Shown here: one piece after another, positions 38,220-50,849 of the stretch
Numbering within the stretch: position 1 is the stretch's first letter
How the letters are laid out: the number at the start of each line of letters is the position of its first letter
From: Mobula birostris
Lineage: Eukaryota
Direction of reading: 5' to 3'
Assembly: GCF_030028105.1 (NCBI RefSeq)
Contig: NC_092384.1
Span: 46,817,553 to 46,881,552 of the forward strand
Length of the DNA: 64,000 bases
The notes under the pieces: generated by a model
Database searches by the model: none
What the model was told of the DNA's origin: nothing
What the model saw: the letters and a program-made list of their open reading frames with translations, nothing else
Position numbers and translations under genes: made by a program

Positions 38220-40988
38220 GAGAAAATCAGGTTGGTGTCGGATCGCAAGAGAGGGAATTTGTTGAATGCCTACGAGATGGCTTCTTAGAGCAACTTGTGC
38301 TCGAGCCTACTTGGGGAAAGACCGTCTTAGATTGGGCGTTGTGTAATAAACCAGATGTTATTAGGGAGCTTAACATAATGGAACCCTTAGGAGGCAGTAA
38401 TCATAATATGATTGAATTCATATTACAATTTGAGAGGGAGAAGCACAAATCACATGGAATAATGGGAATTATAGAGTCATGAGAGAGGAGCTTGCCTGGG
38501 TGGATTGGAGTAGGATACTAGCAAGGATGACAGCAGAGCTGAGATGGCTGAAGTTTCTGGGAATAGTTCACAAGGCACAAGATAGATATGCCCCACAGAA
38601 GTAGTTGTTCTCAATGGCAGGGGTAGGCAACTATGGCTGACAAGAGAAGCTCAGGTCTGCATAAAAGCCAAGGAAAGGCATATAAGGTAGCAAAAGCAAG
38701 TGGGAAGTTGGATGATTGTGAAGCTTTTAAAATCCAACAAAAGGCAATTAAAAAAAGCCTTAAGAAGGGAAGAGATGAAATATGAGGACAAACTAGCCAA
38801 TAATATAAAGGATACTTTAATTTTTTTCAGTTATACAAAGGTGAGGTGAGAGTTAATATCGGATCATTGGAAAATGATGCTGCTGAGGTAGTAATGGGGG
38901 ACAAAGAAATGGAAGATGAACTTAATAAGTACTTTGCATCAGTCTTCACTGTGGAAGACGCTAGCAGCGTGCCTGAGGTCGGTGAGTGTCAGGGAGGAGA
39001 AGTGAGTGCCATTGCTATTACAAAGGAAAATGTGGTAGGTAAACCCAAAAGGTCTTAAGATGGACGTCACCTTGACCAGGTGGACTACATCCCAGAGTCC
39101 TGAGAGAGGTTGCTGAAGAGAGAATGGATGCATGGTCACTATCTTTCAAGAATCACTTGATTTTGGCATGGTCCCACGATTGGAAAATTGCAAATGTCAC
39201 TCCATTTTTTAAGAAGGGAGGAAATTATAGGCCTCAGTGGTTGGGAAAGTGTTGGAGTCTATTACTAAGGCTAAGGTTTATTTTAATGATAAAATAAGTT
39301 AAAAGTCAGCATGGTTTCTGTAAAGGGAAAGCCTTGCCTGACAAATCTGTCAGAGTTATTCAAGGAAGTAACAAGCAGGGTGGACAAAGGAGATTAGATT
39401 AGATTAGATTATGAGGACACTCAGTCCTCGTTTATTGTCATTTAGAAATGCATGCATTAAAAAATGCTACAACGTTCCTCCAGAATGATATCACAAGAAA
39501 ACACAGGACCAACCAAGACTAAAACTGACAAAACCACATAATTATAACATATAGTTACAACAGTGCAAAGCAATATCATAATTTGATAAAGAGCAGACCA
39601 TGGGCACAGTAAAACAATTCTCAAAGTCTCGATAGACTCATCATCTCATGCAGGCGGCAGAAGGGAGAAACTCTCCCTGCCATGAACCTCCAAGTGCCCC
39701 GCCAACTTGCCGATGCAACACCATTGGAAGCACCCGACCGCAGCGGACTCTGAGTCCGTCCGAAAACTTCGAGCCTCCGACCAGCCCCTTCAACACAGCC
39801 TCTCTGAGCACCATCCTCTGCCGAGCGCTTCGACCCTACCCCAGCCGCCAAGCAACAAGCAAAGCAAAGGACTTGGGGCCTTCTCCTCTGGAGATTCTGA
39901 ACCACACAGTAGCAGCAGCAGTGAAGCAGGCATTTCAGAAGTTTCACCAGATGTTGTCTCACGTCTGTCTCCATCAAATCAGGATGGTGCACAGCACCCT
40001 ACTTGACAAATAACAGACATCATCACCGGAGTGGCCGCTGCGCGCTGCGTCGCGCCGCCATCTTCTCCAGTGCCAGTGGATGTCATTTATTTAGATTTTC
40101 AGAAGGCATTTGATAGATGCCACACATGAGGCTGCTTAACAAGATAAAATCCCAAGACATTGCAGGAGAGATACTAGCATGGACAGAGGAATGGCTGGAT
40201 ACTAGCATGGACAGGAGGCAGCGAGTGAGAATAAAAGGAGGCCTTTTCTGGTCGGCTGCCAGTGATACGTGGTGCTCCTCAGGGGTCGGTATTGGGACCA
40301 CTACTTGTCATATTGTTTGTCAATGCTTTGATGGCTTTGAGGCAAAGTTTGCAGATGATATGAAGACAGGTGGAGGGGTAGGCAGTGCTAAGGAAGCAGT
40401 GCGATTGCAGTAGGACTTAAACACATTGAAAGAAAGGGCAAAAAAAGCGGCAGATGGAATACTGTGTTGGGAAATGTATGATAATGCATTTTAGTAAAAG
40501 GAACAATAGTACAGACTTATCTAAATGGGGAGAAAATTCAAACATCAGAGGAGCAGAGGGACAGGAGTTGTGAAAATGATAATGAGAGGCATAAATACAG
40601 CAGGCAACAGGTATCCTTTCAGCAGGGTCAAAATGTCTAATACTTAAGGCGAGGGGGAAAGTTCAAGGAGCAGTGCAAGGCAAGTTGTTTTCTTAAACAC
40701 AGAGTGGTGGGTACATGGTATGTAAGCTGGGGTGATAGTGGAAACAAATGTGACAGACTATCTCAGCATAGCAGTAGAAATCTGAATCAGGGCATTACAC
40801 TACCTACTCACAATTAAGAGGCTTTTAGACAGGCACAGGAATATGCAGAGAAAGCAAGACTATGGACATTGTGCAGGCAAAAGGGATTGGTTTAGTTAGA
40901 CATTTAATTACTAGTTTAATTAGCTTGGCACAATATCATGAGCCGAAGGGCTTGTTCCTGAGTTGTACCGTTCTATGTTCTATGTTCT
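38220..40988 (+). mobile_element. CR1 ORF2 and 3' fragments (decayed), interrupted at 39391-40068
   Basis: LGGSNHNMIEF, ELNKYFASVFT, DFQKAFD and KFADDMK motifs; (ttctatg)n tail ending ~40988. Confidence 0.85.
39391..40068 (-). mobile_element. Non-autonomous LINE-derived element (SINE-like)
   Basis: CpG-rich 5' end gaagatggcggcgcgacgc, AATAAA and a (ctaat)n tail on the minus strand; it interrupts a CR1 RT. Confidence 0.75.
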
Positions 40989-40995
40989 CTTTTAC

Positions 40996-41067
40996 CTTTG
41001 CAAGAAATTCTTTCAATTCCCGGTAAGACTTGGTTACAAAAGTCACTGAAGCATCTGACCACAGAAC
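40996..41067 (-). CDS. ZCCHC14: ZCCHC14-like exon: VLWSDASVTFVTKSYRELKEFLAK
   Basis: ttcctag|GTTCTG...GCAAAG|gtaaaa; 72 nt, phase 0 to 0. Matches the VLWSDSSITSVTKS motif of the ZCCHC14/ZCCHC2 family. Confidence 0.85.
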
Positions 41068-42844
41068 CTAGGAATCAGAATAAAATATATACATTTTATA
41101 ATACAAAACATCTCAAACAGTTTAAGTAACCAATTGCATTTACTTGTGAGAATACTGAAATCATGTTTAGCAGTGACTCTAAATTATAGTTCAAAACATT
41201 CACATAAGATCCTATTTCACCAGACTAATGCTACAAAGATGGAAGGCAGCATAACTTAATTTTACTAATATTAATCTTCCACATTGCCACTTCCACAACC
41301 TATCAATATGCAATCATTATCCAAAATAAGATTCATAATCGTAATATAGAACTTCAGATCAGATAGACACTTTCATTATCCAAAACACAGAACCGATGAA
41401 AACAATCTGGATACTGTTAAATTTCTTTTATTGTGAACGAAGTTTCATTTGTTAAAGATTTTAACATGTTATTCTGATGCGGAGACAAATAATCAGTGAT
41501 GCAACCTGGGGTCATTTGGTGTTTTGGATCTTTCAACATCAGTCACTTTCGCCCAAGTGACCCAGCCATGGTTGATGAGGCCCTGGCTTGTGCCCCAGCA
41601 GCATTGATCTATGGGTCACACTTCTTGATCCACTGCCATCTAGAGGCTCGCTCTAGCAGCCTCTGTGACAGTACTGATGGTCTTTTCTTTGCAGCCCCAG
41701 TAATTTCAAGGAGAGAGTAGGTTCTGCACAAAATTAGCACGGTTGAAATGTCTTTAGAACCAGCATGCAAGTCAGTTGCAATTAACTAATTAAAAGAATG
41801 GACAGAAAACAGAAAGAGATGTCAGAATTTGAGTCAAGCTTTCAAAAAATATCTGAATTTCATATACAGAATTGAAAGAAAAATTAGGAAAAAATGTCAG
41901 ATAGAAGAGCCTTTTATTACCATAATGCCCAAATTTTATTTTCTTCCTGTATCTTAGAGCCATCGCTCCATTACCTCTCTTCCTCCAAGCGGGCTTCCAA
42001 TCATCTGGCTTTGTTGTGTAATTTTTGTTAACTTTCTCCATTTTTAAAACTAAATCTAACTTGCTCTTGCAAATTTTTGATAAATGATGTGTAGTCCGTC
42101 CAGAAACCTACTTAGCATGGAAAACAATTATAATCAAGAAAGAAAACATACCAAATTCTCAATAGGTTTGGAGGAGAGAGTTACTTCAGCCTTTTGGGAA
42201 TTATTTGGCTTATCAGATATCTGATTAGATGTAGAGAGGACATAGACACACAGAACGGAGGAATCTTGAGTCAGTAAATTATGGAAGCTGTTGTTGTGTT
42301 ATCTGATCTTTTAAAAAGGATTTGTTAAAACCTCCAATCCCAGCAAGTAGCCTGGTGAATCTCTTTTGCAGTGCCTCCATTGTTATAATATCCCTTTTTA
42401 AGATACAGGAACCAAAACTGCACACAGTTCACCAAGTGAGGCTGTTCTTTCTTCCAGTCACAAATGAAAATAGTGAACAACTGCAGGCCCAGAACTGATC
42501 CCTGTGATATTCCATTAGTTACCTCCTGCCAATCTGAAAATAACCTATTTATTCTAACTCTCTATTTTCTATGAGGTAGCCAGTTTTCAATCCATTCTAA
42601 CATACTTCCAGATATCGCAGGCTTTTAGTTTATGTATCAGCCTCATGTGCCTTATCAAATGGTTTTTGAAAAGTTAACACACTACATCTACAGGTTCCCC
42701 TCCATCAACTTTCCTTGTTACATCCTCAAAGAATTTGAGCAAATTTATTAAACATGATTTAGAATACAGAACATAGAACATTACAGCATTGTATAAACCC
42801 TCTAGCCCACTCTGTTGTGCCCACCTTTTAACCAACTAAAATCA

Positions 42845-44188
42845 GAAGAATCAGAATCAGAATCAGGTTTATTATCACTGGCATGTGTCGTGAAATTTGT
42901 TAACTTAGCAGCAGTAGTTTGATGCAATACATAGTATAAAAGAAAAAAATAAATAAATAAATTACAGTATATTGGAGATTAAAAATCGTGCAAAAACAGA
43001 AATAATATATATTGAAAAATTGAGGTATGTTCATGGTTTATTGTTCATTTAGGAATCAAGTGGCAGAGGGGAAGAAGCTGTTCTTGAATCACTGAGTGTG
43101 TGCCTTCAGACTTCAGTATCTCCTACCTGATGGTAACAATGAAAAAAGGGCATGCCCTGGGTGTTGAGAATCCTCAATAATGGACCCTGCTTTTCTGAGA
43201 CACTGCTCCTTGAAGATGTCCTAGGTACTTTGCAGGCTAGTATCCAAGATGGAGCCAACTAAATTTATGACCCTCTGCAGCTTCTTTCGGTCCCGTGCAG
43301 TAGCCCCCTCCCCACCATACCAGACAGTGATGCAGCCTGTCAGAATGTTCTCCAAGGTACATCTATAGAAGTTTTTGAGTGTTTTGTTGATATAACAAAT
43401 ATCTTCAAACTCTAATGAAGTATAGTCACTGTCTTGCCTTCTTATAGCTGCAACTCCAGCTTAGGTCCTCAGAGATCTTGACACCCAGGAACTTGAAACT
43501 GCTCACTCTCTCCACTTCTGATCCCTCTATGAGGATTGGTATGTATTCTTTCATCTTACCCTTCCTGAAGTCCACAATCAGCTCTTTCGTTTTACTGATG
43601 TTGAGTGGAAGGTTGTTGCTGCGACACCACTCCACTAGTTGGTATATCTAGTTCCAATTCGCCCTCTTATCTCCATCTGAGATTCTACCAACAATGGTTG
43701 TATCATCAGCAAATTTATAGATGGTATTTGAGTTGTGCCTAGCCACACAGTCATGGGTATACAGACAGTAGAGCTAAGCACACACCCCTGAAGTGCACCA
43801 GTGTTGATCGTCAGCAAGGAGGAGATATTATCAACAAACTACACAGGTTGTGGTCTTCCGGTTAGGAAGTCAAGGATCCAAATGCAGAGGGAGCTACAGA
43901 GTCCCAGGTTCAATAACTCATCAATCAAGATTGGGGGAATGATGGCGTTAAATGTTGTGCTATAGTCGATGACATAGGTGTTTGTATTGTTCAGGTAGTC
44001 TAAGGCTGTGTGAAGAGCCATTGGATTGCATCTGCTGTTGACCTATTGTGGTGATAGGCAAATTGCAGTGGGCCCAGGTCCTTGATGAGGCAGGAGTTCA
44101 GTCATGACCAACCTCTCAAAGCATTTCATCACTATAGATGTGAGTGCTACTGGGCGACAGTCATTAAGGCAGCTCACATTCTTCTTCT
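42845..44188 (-). mobile_element. Rex1/Babar LINE, 5'-truncated
   Basis: [25 protein letters not shown] and EWCRSNNL motifs; (ttctga)n tail. Same family as 27580-28816. Confidence 0.88.
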
Positions 44189-44604
44189 AATCATTCTAAC
44201 CATTCCCTCCTACATATTCCTCCATTTATTTATCATCCATATGCCCATCTAAGGGTCTGCCAAAATCCATAATGTATCTGCTGCCGTGGCCACAACCACC
44301 ACTCCTGATAGGGTGTTTGATGTGCCCACCACTCTTTGTGCAAAGAACTTACCTCTGACATCCCTCCTATACCTTCCTCCAATCACCTTAAAGTTATACC
44401 TCCCTGCATTAACCATTTCTGTCCTGGGAAAAAGAGCTCTTATCAACTTGTATACCTCAATCAAGTCACCTCACATCCTCTATTGCTCCAAACAGAAAAG
44501 CCCAAGCTCACTTAACCTATCATAACAAGACATGCCCTCTAGTCCAGGCTGCATCCTGTTACATCTCCTCCTTACCCTTTCTAAAACTTCCACATCCTTC
44601 CTAT

Positions 44605-47600
44605 TGTAAAGGGATTTCGACTTTTATGTTACTGCGGAGGCTAATTAAAATGGCCTCTTTGTTATGTTAATCTGGGGAATGTGGCTTTGTTGTGTTAAAC
44701 ACTGAGAAAGTTTGCGCTAGCAGCTTGTTTTGGTTTAGACTGTGATAAGAAAAATGTTATTAACCAATGGGGATAGTTGTTATGTTTTTGGTGTATTGAA
44801 GATACTGTATGTGCGGGGTTTTGGGGGAGAAGGCGGGAGAGCGAGACAGAGGATGGACGAGGTGCTGTGAGGTCCGCTAACGGGGTCGGACCCCGAGAGG
44901 GGCATTCGGCGAGGAGCGGAGACGGAGACGGACTCGTGTGGAGCGTCTGGTCGATCACCGTTGTTGGTCCCAGGCGGCCAGTCGAGGTGGTCCGAGGGGT
45001 CGCAGGTTGAAGAAGGTGGTCCTTGAGCTCCAACTGTTTTGTGCACGAAATGATTGAACTTTGACAAGTGTGGCACCTTTTTTTTTCCTTTTATATTTTA
45101 TTCTTTCTTAATTATATAGTTCCAGTAATATCTATAAACTGTAAATCATTTAATTGCATCTGGTGTATTGTCTGTTATTTGGGCGGGGTGGGGTACCTCA
45201 CACAGCATCCACACAAACTAATTACTCAGTTTGGCGGGGCCAAGGCTGTTTCCCTAGACGACAGCGAGCCGAGCGACCCTGAGGGTGGCCGGGGGGGGGG
45301 GGGGCACATTGTGTGGGCTTTGTCCGGGATTGAGTCTGCTGGTATGCTGTGTGGGTGCCCTGTTTAAATCTGTAATGTGTGTCTCTGTGGGTTATTTGCT
45401 GGTGATTGCTGTATGCGTGGTGGGTGAGGTCTTTGTTCCAGTTCAGACTAGCATTGATGGGTTGGAGGTGGCACTCGGGGCTGTCCATGCGGTTGGGTGA
45501 GAGGGGAAAGAGTGGTCTGATTTGGAGGTAGGGTCTGCGAATGCTCTGGCAGGCTCCGCCTGGCACTTGGGATAGTGTCCACCCCAAGAGAGGCGGAGGC
45601 ATGTGAGACGTGGGCGGAGCAGATCTTGCAGTTGTTAGATGAGTGGCAGTGCTCGGTTGAGGGAAGAGCAACAGGGATTGGTTGAAAGTTTGAGTAGGCG
45701 GGCTGGTGACAGTGTTAGAGCTGTCAGGTTCACCTACACCGTAGTGACAGCTGTTAGTTATTTGAAAGAGGGGGGAAAGTTTTCAGTGTGTCTTCTCTGG
45801 CTAGGAGGGCGGCTAAATTGCTTGCAGTGCCAGGGGGATCAGCCCCTCCTTCAGTTGTTCAGCTGAGCAGAGAAGTGTCGGGAAACTTAGTGGAGGTCCA
45901 GTGAGGGGAACGGCTTGGGGTCTCTGGGGAAGCTCGTTCCCAGCAACGTACCGATGAACTTCCGAAAGGAAAAGACCCTATTCCTGAAGGCCTAGAGGGG
46001 CCACGCCCCAGGGTGTCACTATGGATAGAGGGAAGCGATGCTAAAGCTATCCTCGACCCCGGGGCACAGATCAAGCTGTTGTACAGTTCGTTTTACAACC
46101 GGTGTCTGAAGCATTTATCCTTGACAACCACAAGGGCAACGGAGACTTTGGGTATTAGTGGCAGTAGTTATCCAGAAGACGATGATTGGTTAATGACCCT
46201 GGAGTTCATGGGGGCATTGTCTGGGCACCCAGTGTGTCGAGTTGCTTCTGAGGACGTGTGTAGCAGCCTTGAGCCAGTACCGAATTTAAACGACACCCGG
46301 CGGTGGTACGGCTTGGGGAAAGTAGCTGAGGGTGAGACCCTCTTAGTAGATGCTCCGAACTACCACGAGGGAGGGTAGTTGACCGCTGAAGACACCTCAG
46401 TGAGAGAGAGGTCGTGGCAACTGGACCCTAGCGGCGTGGAAGATGAAGGCAGTGTGTGTGTGGATTATGTGATGTGGTTTAATGTGCTGCATCTGAGGAG
46501 TGGATGTTGCCAGATCCTGAGGAGTGCGGCTGTTGAGCTGAAGATGGCCGTTACTAGTTCCCCAGGATTCTTCCGATCCGAAAAGATGCCCAAGGGCATA
46601 TCCGGAGCCCCTGCATCCTTCCCGCGGATCATGAGGAAGACCACGGGGGAAGAGAAGGTGTGTGGAGTTTTGACGTATGTGGATGACCGCCTAGAGCTTG
46701 AATTCACCTGGGGGGACTATGAGGCGAGGCGAGTGGTTGAGCCCGGGCGACCGAAGTGAAGTGTCAAATGTGGAGGGGTTTTTGGCCGAAGGAGTTTGGT
46801 GCAATGTGAGAAAAATGACCCGACATACCAGTTGAACTTCCTGGTGTTGGGAAGAGACGGTGGCGGACCGGGGGATGGAAACCCAGGTCGTCAATCTAAA
46901 TGAGACACAGGGAAGTGAGGGGATTTGCACCACACTGCGGTCATGTACTGATGAATTAATCCAGCGAGAAGAAACAATGACCCACCTTCGAAGGGGTCAG
47001 CAGAAACTCAAGACGTCCATTCAGAACAGATTGGAAGACTTACAAGTTGGGGAAGATCAAGGAAGTGTTCTGACTAAGGTCAACAGAAAACCGAGAGCCC
47101 AGGGAGGGGAGTTTGACTACACTCCCGAGGAGGTGAAGAAATGGAGGACAGATCTCAGAAAAGGGAGGCGGACGCTTGAAAGGAACCTGAAGGTGACTAT
47201 CGGGAGTTTAAATGGTGGAAAAGCTGAAAGTCGACCTGGAAGACGTCCTCAGGAAGAAACAACCAGAGGCTGAACATTCTTTAACTGCTGCTTTTCAGGT
47301 CAGGATGGAAGAAGCTGGTGGGGTAACTGCATCCCAGATTGAGATGGCCAGGAACCCTTAGTCAGAACTGCTGAGGCTGTGGCAAGAGTTGAAGGAGTCC
47401 CCAAAGAAACTGACGTCTCAACTGCAGGAGGCTGAAGGGGTAGCCCCGGCTAAATGTTTCAGTTTGGAGAAACTCAAACAGCAGCTACCGATCGAAGGAA
47501 TGAGAAACGATAGGGACTCGAAGGATGATGTGCTGCACATGTGGTGGTGATTGAGGAAGAGACCTTTGGCCCTTCTCCCACTGAGTCAGGTGTAGTGGGG

Positions 47601-48654
47601 AGGGCTAGCTGTGGGCAGACTGAGTTACAGCAGGATCAGGAAGGAGGAGAGGCGGGGCCCCGAACACGGAACAGGGGGCTCCGAGCTGTAGTGGTGGCCT
47701 GAGTGAGAGAGGAGTTGGCAAGCAGGCCCGAGGTATCCCTAGTAGTGTCTGAGCCTTTTGGGTTTAGGTGAGGGGGTACAGAGGTCTCAGAGGGTTAAGA
47801 AGCTCCCAGATAGGTTGGCCTATGTAGTGCCCATGGGACGGGAGTAAGGTCCACTGTTTGGGGAGCACTGTCACCGTGTGTTGTGTGTCTGCAGCACTGG
47901 TTGGCTAGTTATTTAGAAGTCATGAGGACATGACTTTATTTGGTGGGGGGGGAAGAGTGTAAGGGGTTTCGACTTTTATGTTACTGCGGAGGCTAATTAA
48001 AATGGCCTCTTTGTTATGTTAATCTGGGGAATGCGGCTTTGTTGTGTTAAACGCTGAGAAAGTTTGCGCTAGCAGCTTGTTTTGGTTTAGACTGTGATAA
48101 GAAATATGTTATTAACCAATGGGGATAGTTGTTATGTTTTTGGTGTATTTGAAGATACTGTATGCGCGGGGTTTTGAGGGAGAAGGCGGGAGAGCGAAAC
48201 AGAGGATGGACGAGGTGCTGTGAGGTCCGCTAATGGGGTCGGACCCTGAGAGGGGCATTCGGCGAGGAGAGGAGACGGAGACGGACTCGTGTGGAGCGTC
48301 TGGTCGACCACCGTTGTTGGTCCCAGGCGGCCAGTCGAGGTGGTCCGAGGGGTCGCAGGGTGAAGAAGAAGGTCCTTAGGCTCCAACTGTTTTGTGCACG
48401 AAGAGATTGAACTTTGATAAGTGTGGCGCCTTTTATTTTCCTTTTATATTTTATTCTCTCTTAATTATATAGTTCCAGTAATATCTATAAACTGTAAATC
48501 ATTTAATTGCATCTGGTGTATTGTCTGTTATTTGGGCGGGGTGGGCTACCTCACACAGCATCCACTCAAACTAATTACCCAGTTTGGTGGGGCCGAGGCT
48601 GTTCCCTAGACGACAGCGAGCTGAGCGACCCTGAGGGTGGCCAGGGGGGCTACA
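44605..48654 (+). mobile_element. Non-autonomous Ty3/Gypsy LTR retrotransposon with both LTRs
   Basis: LTRs 44605-45308 and 47958-48654 (TG...CA); 4-bp TSD CTAT; tRNA-Pro-like PBS (tgtgggctttgtccgggat) at ~45312; PPT before 47958. Degenerate protease (AILDPGAQ) and RT (MPKGISGAPASF, TYVDD). Confidence 0.93.
46935..47496 (+). pseudogene. Captured intronless fragments of sarcomeric myosin heavy-chain rod (possibly MYH16-like) inside the Gypsy element
   Basis: Four segments in myosin order: LEDLQVGEDQGSVLTK..KKWRTDLRKGRRTLERNLKVT, VEKLKVDLEDVLRKK, RMEEAGGVTASQIEM, KKLTSQLQEAE..AKCFSLEKLKQQL. Confidence 0.85.
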
Positions 48655-49311
48655 CTATAATGAGGTGACCAGAACTGAAGACAATACTCTAAGTGTTGTT
48701 TTACCAGGGTTTTATAGAACTGTAACATTACGTTGTGGCTCTTGAACTAAATCCCTTGATTAATGAAGGCCAACATCTTTTTAACCACCCTATCAACTTG
48801 CACAGCAACTTTGAGGAATCTTTGGGCATGGACCCCAAGTTCCCTCTGTTCATCATACTGCTAATAATCTAATCATTGACAATGTATTCTGCCTTAAAAT
48901 TCAACCTTCGAGATTGAAGCACTTTACACTCTTCCAGGTTGAACTGCATCTGCCATTTCCCAGCCTAGCTCTGCATTCTGTCAATGTCCCAGTGCAATCT
49001 GCAGAAACCCACCACACTATCCACGATTTCACCAATCTTTATATCACCTGCAAACTTACTAACCCAGCCTGCCACTTCCTCATCCAAGTCATTTATAAAA
49101 TTCCCTGAGCAGGGGTCTTGGAACAGAAACCCCCAAAACATCACTGATCACCTCCAGACTGAATACTCTCCATTTACTACCACTCTCTGCCTTCTATCCT
49201 AATTGCTGGAATAGGGAGATTGTCCTCTCAAGAGAGGGTAAACAACTTGGATTTACATTCAATGGCATTTACAAAAACAAGGGGTGACGCTAATCATAGA
49301 TATATGGATCA

Positions 49312-49540
49312 GCATGATAGCAAAGTGGTTAGCATCACACTTTACAGTACCAGCAACCAGGTTTATTTCCCATCGCTGACTGTAAGGAGCTTACACATTC
49401 TCCACATGACTGCATGGGTTTCCTCCAGGTGCTCCCACAGTCCAAAGACATACAGTTAGTAAGTGATTGTAAATTGTCTTGTGATTAGGCCAAGGTTAAA
49501 TCGGGTGTTGCTGGGCGGTGCTGCTCAAAGGGCCTATTAC
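49312..49540 (+). mobile_element. V-SINE (HE1-like), decayed
   Basis: tRNA-like head (aagtggttagc) and V-domain-like core attctccacatgactgcatgggtttcctccaggtgctcccacagtccaaagac. Confidence 0.75.
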
Positions 49541-50304
49541 AAACAGAATAAAAATATAAAACCCTAAGAGGACTTGACAGGGTAGATGCTGAGAGGTTCC
49601 ACAAACAAGAGGATAGCTACAAAATTAATGGTCAGTTATTTAAAACTATGTACAAATTTCTCTGAGAGGGTAGTGAATCTCTGGAATTCTTTGCTCCTGA
49701 ATGTGGTGGAAGCCAGATCATTCAATATACAAATAATTGAAAAATCGAGGAACTAGGAGTTATGTGGAACTGGGACAGAGGGGAATTCAGGCTACCATAG
49801 ATAAGTCATAATCATATTGAATGGTGGGGGAAACACTGAAGGGGCAACTGGCTTACTCCTGTTCAAATTCAGGTTGCGAACAAACTGTTAAAATTTCAAG
49901 ATTGCGATCTAAGTAATCAAAGTACATGCACATTAAGATTCAACCAAAACAATTACCAAAGCCATAAAGCTTACTAAGAACTCTTACTTGAGTGAAACAT
50001 CTCAGTTGGATAAAATTAATGAAAAAGTACAAACCAAAATACCAACAAACTTAGGTCTATTAAGAACACAAAGGCATGTATTGAGATCAAGAAAATGCCT
50101 GCTACTGATTTCAAGACTGCGTGGTCGGTTTGATTGAACATGTGAATGATTGAAAGAGTTAATGGGATGCACAGTCTTTTTTAATCAAAAGAAACATGAA
50201 ACTTGTAATAAATTACAAAAACATGATAGAGACAGTAAAAAGTCTAAAGAGTAAATCTCTGTACTAATCAAATGAACAAAAAAAAACAGTAATTCAATCG
50301 AAGT

Positions 50305-50384
50305 TACAGACACAAACTGCTGGAGGAACTTGTGTTTGTGTGTTACTCTGGATTTCCAGTACCTGCAGAATCTCTTGTGTTTTT
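50305..50384. mobile_element. Short Penelope-type end insertion with 5' inversion
   Basis: TSD aattcaatcgaagt (50291-50304, 50385-50398); inverted acacaaactgctggaggaact followed by the forward tail. Confidence 0.78.
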
Positions 50385-50849
50385 AATTCAATCGAAGTGC
50401 ATTGTTCAGGGCTCAGAAACAAACTGAGTCAGTTTCAGGCGACGCAGCCATGACTTCAAGTGGGTAGTCTTCTAATAACACTACTTCCAGACTCCGCTCA
50501 GGGGAACATCTACTTCTGAAGCTCCATTCAAGAAATTACAGCTCATATCAAGCAGTCTCCCTGAACAGCGATGCCATCTGAACTTACAAATGAGAACTAC
50601 AGCCTACATTGGACAGTCCTCTGTGAAAGTGCCACCATCTGAGCTCCAAAGAATTACAGTATGAACATGACATGTACTCTGTGGTGGCCCTGACTCAAGT
50701 GAAGGTGATACTGATGAAACAATACGATTGACAGCTATGTCAGTTTGCTGTAATAAAGACCACACAAGTGAAGACACGCAAGACTGAAAATGAAACCACT
50801 GCTAATCGATGTACAATGGCAGATCTATCAATCATTTTCAATGCTCTAA

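Larger units (their letters stand above)
42760..49200 (-). mobile_element. CR1 3' portion acting as host for nested Rex/Babar and Gypsy insertions
   Basis: CR1 sequence at 42760-42840, 44189-44604 and 48655-49200 becomes contiguous once the two inserts are removed. Confidence 0.8.

Noticed and set aside
46860-47273. env-like or functional coiled-coil ORF of the Gypsy element, or a real myosin gene exon
   Set aside because: No signal peptide or TM; frameshift, stop codon and helix-breaking substitutions; enclosed by LTRs. Better explained as decayed captured myosin.
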